A program made the translations under genes and the position numbers. A stretch of 32,000 nt of DNA from Methanopyrus kandleri AV19 (lineage in GTDB: Archaea; JAADCQ01; Methanopyri; Methanopyrales; Methanopyraceae): NCBI RefSeq assembly GCF_000007185.1, contig NC_003551.1, forward strand, positions 840,001 through 872,000. The letters are read 5' to 3'. The notes below the pieces were generated by a model. That model was given only the letters and a program-made list of their open reading frames with translations, did not search any database and was not told the origin of the DNA. Position 1 is the first letter of the stretch. Each line of letters begins with the position of its first letter. Positions 26,594 through 32,000 of this stretch are shown here, in pieces.

Positions 26594-28288
26594 CTAATCG
26601 TACCGCAGCGCTTCGCACTCCTCCTCGTACGTCGAGTAGAAGTACGGCGAGACCGCGGCGAACTCCGCGGCGCACGTATCCACCAGTTTGTACGTGGCCT
26701 CCACACCGACACCCAGCCGAGCCTCCCGGATCTCGTCTTCGTCCACCCCGAGCAGCTCCGCTATCTGCTCGTCCGAGAAACCCGTCCGCTTGACCTCGCG
26801 GACGAACTCCACGGTTTCCTCGTCCGCCTCCCCGGTCCGGATGAACTCGAGCAACTCATCCTTCCTTCGTACGATCTCGTGTTCCATCTCGACGATCCGC
26901 TTCACCTTCTCCACGAACCACGGGTCGATACCGGATAGTTCCGAGATCTCCTCCACGCTCATCAGACCGCGCTTCAGTGCGGCGTAGATGCAGAAGATAC
27001 GGCGATCGTTCGGCGTCTCGATCTTGCGGCGGATCTCCTCCGGATCCGCCTCCAGCTCCTCCGGTGAAGGCCCTAAGCCAGGCTCTCCGATTTCCAACGA
27101 TCGAATCGCCTTCTGAAGCGCCTCTTCGAACGTCCGCCCGATGGCCATCACCTCACCCACGGACTTCATCTCCGTTCCTAGCGTCCGGTTCGCCTCCGGG
27201 AACTTGTCGAACGGCCATCGCGGGATCTTCACCACCACGTAGTCCAGGGCCGGCTCGAACGCCGCGTACGTCTCTCCGGTGACCTGGTTCTCGATTTCGT
27301 CCAGTCGCAGCCCTATCGCGATCTTCGCAGCGATCCGTGCGATCGGGTATCCCGTGGCCTTGGACGCCAGCGCCGACGATCGACTGACACGCGGGTTCAC
27401 CTCGATCACCCGGTACTCGCCCGTCTCCCGGTGCAGCGCGAACTGGATGTTGCAACCGCCCTCAACACCCAGCGCGTCGATGATGTGCAGCGCCGCGCTG
27501 CGGAGCATCTGATGCTCCTCCTCGGTTAGCGTCTGAGCGGGCGCGACTACGATAGACTCGCCGGTGTGAACCCCCATCGGATCCACGTTCTCCATGCTGC
27601 ACACCGTGATGCAGTTACCCGATCCGTCCCGCATCACCTCGTACTCGATCTCGGCCCAGCCACCCACGTACTCCTCGATCAGCACCTGGTTCACCCGGCT
27701 GTACTCGAGGCCCCGCTCCACTACCCTCTTCAGCTCCTCCTCGTCCTCCGCGATTCCGCCGCCCGTACCGCCCAGCGTGTAGGCGGGCCGCACCACCACC
27801 GGGTAACCGATTTCCTCCGCTACCTCCTTGGCTTCCTCCACCGAAGAAACCGCCTCGCTCGCGCAGACGGGTTCCCCGATCTTCTTCATGAACGCACGGA
27901 ACTCGTCCCGGTCCTCCGCCCGTACGATGGTCTCCACCGATGTCCCCAGCACCTCTACGTCGTACTCTTCCAAAACGCCCATCTCGTCGAGCTCGACCGC
28001 GATATTGAGACCGGTCTGACCCCCGAGCGTGGGGAGGATTCCGTCGGGTCTCTCCTCCTCGATGATCTTCGCTACGATCCGGGCGTCCAACGGCTCCAGA
28101 TACACTCGATCCGCCATGTTCGGATCCGTCATGATCGTCGCCGGGTTACTGTTCACGAGAACTACTTCAACACCCTCTTCTCTGAGCGCCTTGCAGGCCT
28201 GAGAACCCGAGTAGTCGAACTCTGCCGCTTGACCCACGATGATCGGTCCGGATCCGATGATCAGGACCTTATTCGGAGTCTCGGGCAC
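26594..28288 (-). CDS. carB: Carbamoyl-phosphate synthase large subunit, N-terminal half (split gene)
   Basis: [87 protein letters not shown]. Ends at the interdomain boundary (564 aa). GTG start. Confidence 0.93.
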   Translation of the reverse strand: MPETPNKVLIIGSGPIIVGQAAEFDYSGSQACKALREEGVEVVLVNSNPATIMTDPNMADRVYLEPLDARIVAKIIEEERPDGILPTLGGQTGLNIAVELDEMGVLEEYDVEVLGTSVETIVRAEDRDEFRAFMKKIGEPVCASEAVSSVEEAKEVAEEIGYPVVVRPAYTLGGTGGGIAEDEEELKRVVERGLEYSRVNQVLIEEYVGGWAEIEYEVMRDGSGNCITVCSMENVDPMGVHTGESIVVAPAQTLTEEEHQMLRSAALHIIDALGVEGGCNIQFALHRETGEYRVIEVNPRVSRSSALASKATGYPIARIAAKIAIGLRLDEIENQVTGETYAAFEPALDYVVVKIPRWPFDKFPEANRTLGTEMKSVGEVMAIGRTFEEALQKAIRSLEIGEPGLGPSPEELEADPEEIRRKIETPNDRRIFCIYAALKRGLMSVEEISELSGIDPWFVEKVKRIVEMEHEIVRRKDELLEFIRTGEADEETVEFVREVKRTGFSDEQIAELLGVDEDEIREARLGVGVEATYKLVDTCAAEFAAVSPYFYSTYEEECEALRYD

Positions 28289-28315
28289 GTGAACCCGCTC
28301 CCGACCGCTCGGATC

Positions 28316-28330
28316 GGCTTAATAAAATCG
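28316..28330 (-). promoter_or_regulatory. Putative TATA element for carB
   Basis: Reverse strand GTCGATTTTATTAAGCC about 30-40 nt before the GTG at 28288. Confidence 0.35.
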
Positions 28331-28721
28331 ACGGAGGGCAAGTTCGGCGTTACCGGCGCGCGGATCCCCAGTGCAACTTTTCGACCCTTGCCATTTAACT
28401 GGGGTGAACGTACGGAACGAGTCGATTCTCCGAGCACGGGCGGTGTGCACGGGTAGTGTGGGAGGAAGACACAGTATTATCGACGGTTCACCGCGAGTGG
28501 GGGTTGGCAACTTCGATTTAAGCCCATGAGCTTTTTCATCAGGGAATGTTTTATTGCCCACGGCGAGGGAAAGGGCCGCGGTGTTCACGTTTCGGACATT
28601 TCTCGGAAGTTGAGATAACGAGACTACGGGTGCCCGGCGCGAGTGGCGTTTCGTCCCTTCAGGGGGCCGAGGATTGTCGTCAGACCCACGACGTCCAACC
28701 AAGGTACCCTGGGTGAAGGCG

Positions 28722-29447
28722 ATGGTTATCGGACTAATCGCGGTAATGAGCGCGAAGGCATTGTTTCACGAGTGGGTAGTTGCCACACTCCATCCCACGA
28801 ACAAGGACCGTCTAGTAATGAAGGTCGAACGCGTACCATGCCGTACCGGGGACGATCTACGGCCGGGAAATGTCGAAGTATACGCTAAGGTATACGGATG
28901 TACCAAGTACGCTACACTCGGGTACGGATCTCAAGATCCCCGTCGGATCCTCGTACCCGCGCTCCCACCACGGCTCATGTCACTAACCGTAACGGTTGCT
29001 GGCAACGTGATTCGGGTGTTCAGAACGTGTTTTCCCGCCCCGTTTATCATAGTAACCGCGACTAAATTACCCCGAATTTCCGTAAACCAGTACGAGATTC
29101 GAATACATTCACCTTGTAAGATTCTACTCCAACCTACCGTCACGGGGCTACTGAAGTACTTCCCTCCAGTGTTCATAACTGACGGAAAGTCTACGAGGAA
29201 TCCTACCCATCTCACGTGCCGAAATGTCGCAATCATCATGCCGTACGCGCTCACAGTGATGGGTGGATTAACTCCAATCGACGTAGTATCTGTCGTCTCA
29301 GTGTCCGGTGAACGGCTAGTCGTCAACGCCTCTTCAGTATACGCTCCTAAGGGGGTCACAATTAAGTGGGAGCCTATCTGTCCTCTCATTTGGACCACTT
29401 ACGCGGACATAGTTTGGAGATGGCCGTACTGGCCATACTCACTGTGA
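28722..29447 (+). CDS. Orphan membrane-anchored/secreted protein
   Basis: MVIGLIAVMSAKALFHEWVVATL N-terminal hydrophobic helix, Cys-containing ectodomain, Trp-rich C-terminus; GTG 28713 is an alternative start. Coupled (28-nt overlap) to the next gene. Confidence 0.55.
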   Translation: MVIGLIAVMSAKALFHEWVVATLHPTNKDRLVMKVERVPCRTGDDLRPGNVEVYAKVYGCTKYATLGYGSQDPRRILVPALPPRLMSLTVTVAGNVIRVFRTCFPAPFIIVTATKLPRISVNQYEIRIHSPCKILLQPTVTGLLKYFPPVFITDGKSTRNPTHLTCRNVAIIMPYALTVMGGLTPIDVVSVVSVSGERLVVNASSVYAPKGVTIKWEPICPLIWTTYADIVWRWPYWPYSL

Positions 29448-30883
29448 CAGCCCTCGTGATAATTCCGGAGGACGTCCCTACCATCCCTTATGTGTCGCTT
29501 ATATCGATATCTTCAATCAAAGCGGCACACGACAGCCTACGTTCGGGAGAGCTACCACAGTGGAATCCATACCTTGGTGGTGGTTTCCCTTTAGCCCCGA
29601 CTCCGTACTACCTCCTCCACGCGCTCGGTAGAACGGGGTTGATAATAGCAATATTACTGTTATCGGTTTTAGTTCTATTACTAGCATCAAATGTAAACAA
29701 TATGTTGCGCGTGGTGATAACATTACCGGCAGTATTATTGTCCTTGATCATTCCCTCTCCGTTACCACTGATATTGGCTTCATACGCGCTAGGTTTCATC
29801 GGGAACAACCCGCTGTTGAGAACCGTTGGTTCCATAGGGATACCTGACGTGGCGCTGAGCATCGAGCTGGGGATCCGAAACCCTTCGCTCCCGGTGCTAC
29901 TGGCCTCATCTGCGTGCCTCGTGGATTGCCTCGTGGCCACCTTCGGCGCTGTCCCGTTGTTGACCTCACGTCCGGGTCCTATCCCTCTTCTATTAATTCT
30001 GTTAATAACTGTAGTGGCCATCCTACCAGCACTGATGGCTCTAGCAATGCTGGGTAGAATCTACCCGGACTACCGCTGGAAGTTTTCGGGAATTACCGCC
30101 ATTATTCTCTTCGGAGTTCAAACGTACCTACATGAGCTTCCAACAGCCTTAGCAACCCCAATAATACTATTTTCTTTACTTGTTCTCAAAAATTTTAACA
30201 CTCATCTTGATAGGCGAATCTCAGTAAGATTAAACAGAGTCTCGAAACCACTGCGATTCCTAACTGCTTTAATGTTAGTCCTATTCTTCATCGTGATCTG
30301 TAGCGTCCTCGCTACCCCACGTTTCGCCGTGGTAGGATACAAAGTAGTGGGGTCCAGGACGGGAATGGAATACATCATTTCCTCCGATCCGTGGTTCTCT
30401 GAGTGCGTTAAGCGTGTGCTCTCCGGCCATCCAATCTGGAACACTCCCCTACCGACGGACCCTCATATGGGCCCCGCCTCCCTGCTAGGTTACGAACTAG
30501 GAGATCCACGGGCCGTCCCTCCTCTCTATCCCACGAAGCAGCTCGAGGTCCAACCGAGAGTGGTAGCACCACTCATTTCTTCACCATCGAGCTGGGCCGA
30601 AACCTCTCTTCACGCTCTTCAGCTGGCGGAGGCGGTCGCCTCACGTGGGGCCTCTGTCGGAGAACCTCGACTCAACACTCCCACCGAGATCCGCGGGTAC
30701 GGGTTGGTGGGTCAGGTCTACGATCTCTGGTGGAAGGGAGGTACTCATAGGGGTCTTCTCCTGCAAGTAAACGGTCGGGCCGTTTACGAGCGACCTTCAG
30801 CTTGGCCCTCAGTGGTTCTGACGCTGATGAGTATCGCAGTGGCGGCTATTGAGACGGCTAAGAGAAAGAGCGACACTGTGTAA
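29420..30883 (+). CDS. Polytopic membrane protein with C-terminal ectodomain and terminal TM; possibly glycosyltransferase-like
   Basis: MAVLAILTVTALVIIPEDVP..., GELPQWNPYLGGGFPLAPTPYYLLHAL (WNPY motif analogous to WDPY), repeated hydrophobic stretches, terminal VVLTLMSIAVAAIE. Confidence 0.65.
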   Translation: MAVLAILTVTALVIIPEDVPTIPYVSLISISSIKAAHDSLRSGELPQWNPYLGGGFPLAPTPYYLLHALGRTGLIIAILLLSVLVLLLASNVNNMLRVVITLPAVLLSLIIPSPLPLILASYALGFIGNNPLLRTVGSIGIPDVALSIELGIRNPSLPVLLASSACLVDCLVATFGAVPLLTSRPGPIPLLLILLITVVAILPALMALAMLGRIYPDYRWKFSGITAIILFGVQTYLHELPTALATPIILFSLLVLKNFNTHLDRRISVRLNRVSKPLRFLTALMLVLFFIVICSVLATPRFAVVGYKVVGSRTGMEYIISSDPWFSECVKRVLSGHPIWNTPLPTDPHMGPASLLGYELGDPRAVPPLYPTKQLEVQPRVVAPLISSPSSWAETSLHALQLAEAVASRGASVGEPRLNTPTEIRGYGLVGQVYDLWWKGGTHRGLLLQVNGRAVYERPSAWPSVVLTLMSIAVAAIETAKRKSDTV

Positions 30884-32000
30884 GCTCGGCTTTGGTGTCG
30901 TTCCCATGCCACGTAGTGTAGTGTGGTGTGTTTTCCGTCGGTCTTGACGAGCATGTAGGGGCCGATGGGACAGGTTTGACCCTCCCGACCGTCCACCGCC
31001 CAGAACGGAGCCCAAGCCCAAGGAACAACCACGAATCGATGACCCCGCGAATCCAACACGTACCTATCGTTCGACACCCGGTGTAGAGCGTCATGAATTG
31101 GGCTGAGCTTCACGCACGACTCCTTGACCAGTTTCTTGACTATTGGAGAGTGTAGCGGGTGGTGTACGGGACCTAGAACGTGGACGTGGTGTGTTATCCT
31201 CCTCAGTCGCCGCACTACCTTCGACGGGGGTTCAGCGTCGAAAGCCCTACTGGAGTAAACTACGATCACTTCTTTCGCTTCTTTTGCCAGCTTCTCAGTT
31301 TCAGGATAGCTCAGCGCCTCTGAGTCTACTATGAGTATATCTCCCGACCACGGTATTTGCTCGGCGGATAATGACTGCCCACGTTCTACATTATACGGTC
31401 GTATCAGCGGTATCATCGGAAAGTGTCCGGTGGGAGCACTTCTAACTAAGTTAAGCCACAAAAAGCTATAATCAGTGTATGATCCTATGTATATCACTTT
31501 GACACTTGTCATTGGAATTATATCCCACAATGACAGTGTTGGTTTTTGACTGAAAGTGAATCCAACGATGTCGGAGTAGCTTCTAATAGTCTTAATATCG
31601 GCTCCATAATCTACACTTGTTAGCGGTAAGAGAGTCAAAACTTTGCGTGCGATATCTTCATCAAAAAGGTGACGCTGACCTGGATGTGCTAGTTGTTCAC
31701 AGCATTCTCTACCGCCGCTATTGAGGAATAAAATAGAAGACAGTATTCGTGAGCTTACTTCGGAGCATCCTTGGTAAAATGCACCTCCTAAAATGTATGT
31801 TGGACGTTCAGATAATGTGCTTAATGGGCATGCTAATGAGAATAATCCTAAATGGGCATTGGATGCCCTATAATCATGCGAAACGATTGCAGGTGAGGAA
31901 AACTCGTATTCAACAACAATTGGAATCATTGGTGTGGGGCTTATAACTTTTAATATGATGCCTACGCTAACAAGAGCAAATATTGCAGAATATGTTGTGA
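30784..32000 (-). CDS. Paralogue of the 24567-26555 membrane protein; 5' part outside window
   Basis: AWAPFWAVDGREGQTCPIGPYMLVKTDGKHTTLHYVAWERHQSRAY matches the other copy nearly residue for residue, as do GGAFYQG, VKVIYIGSYTDYSFLW and the terminal TM. The frame stays open upstream of the track's ATG at 31929 to the window edge (...TTYSAIFALVSVGIILKVISPTP-MIPIVVE). Confidence 0.75.
   Translation of the reverse strand, partial: TTYSAIFALVSVGIILKVISPTPMIPIVVEYEFSSPAIVSHDYRASNAHLGLFSLACPLSTLSERPTYILGGAFYQGCSEVSSRILSSILFLNSGGRECCEQLAHPGQRHLFDEDIARKVLTLLPLTSVDYGADIKTIRSYSDIVGFTFSQKPTLSLWDIIPMTSVKVIYIGSYTDYSFLWLNLVRSAPTGHFPMIPLIRPYNVERGQSLSAEQIPWSGDILIVDSEALSYPETEKLAKEAKEVIVVYSSRAFDAEPPSKVVRRLRRITHHVHVLGPVHHPLHSPIVKKLVKESCVKLSPIHDALHRVSNDRYVLDSRGHRFVVVPWAWAPFWAVDGREGQTCPIGPYMLVKTDGKHTTLHYVAWERHQSRAYTVSLFLLAVSIAATAILISVRTTEGQAEGRS

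Noticed and set aside
27478-27535. C/D-like boxes (CGATGAT ... CTGATG ... CTGA) within carB
   Set aside because: Spacing and box identity do not fit an sRNA; lies in conserved coding sequence.
27566-28456. 296-aa plus-strand ORF opposite carB
   Set aside because: Antisense shadow of the conserved carB coding sequence; no protein-like motif.
28319-28702. 127-aa minus-strand ORF upstream of carB
   Set aside because: Composition (Pro/Thr/Ser/Arg mixture) is not protein-like and it spans the apparent carB promoter.
1-32000. CRISPR arrays, inteins, transposons
   Set aside because: No regularly spaced 24-37-nt repeats, no intein-like insertions in ileS, alaS, nrdD or carB, and no transposase-like ORF or terminal inverted repeats were seen by eye.

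Overview
The window looks like Methanopyrus kandleri or a close relative. The basis is a hyperthermophilic methanogen gene set, short gene spacing, frequent GTG/TTG starts, and a tRNA-His gene with C at position 8. This identification is inference; no search was run. From left to right the supported content is: a GlmU-like nucleotidyltransferase (3' end cut off) and glmM; a Trm-G10-like tRNA methyltransferase followed by a very well formed C/D box sRNA; a run of four consecutive radical-SAM genes (cofG, cofH, a SPASM-type protein, a B12-binding-type protein); ileS-alaS; a 370-bp unexplained intergenic region with a repeated TTTGTGCGA motif; an nrdD-like glycyl radical enzyme; an orphan 540-aa protein; a four-gene cluster (NIL-domain ferredoxin, two U32-family proteins, a small Cys protein) next to the DUF39/CBS aspartate-semialdehyde sulfurtransferase-like gene and thiI; an AIM24-like protein with an extreme acidic tail; tRNA-His; a split carB N-terminal half; and a lower-GC right end with orphan and paralogous membrane proteins, two of which overlap tail to tail by 100 nt. 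No CRISPR array, transposase, intein or rRNA was recognised. Most interesting leads: the C/D sRNA(s), the four-gene radical-SAM array, the sulfur-mobilisation/U32 neighbourhood, the C8/G-1-less tRNA-His beside thiI, the motif-bearing intergenic region, and the paralogous membrane protein family.
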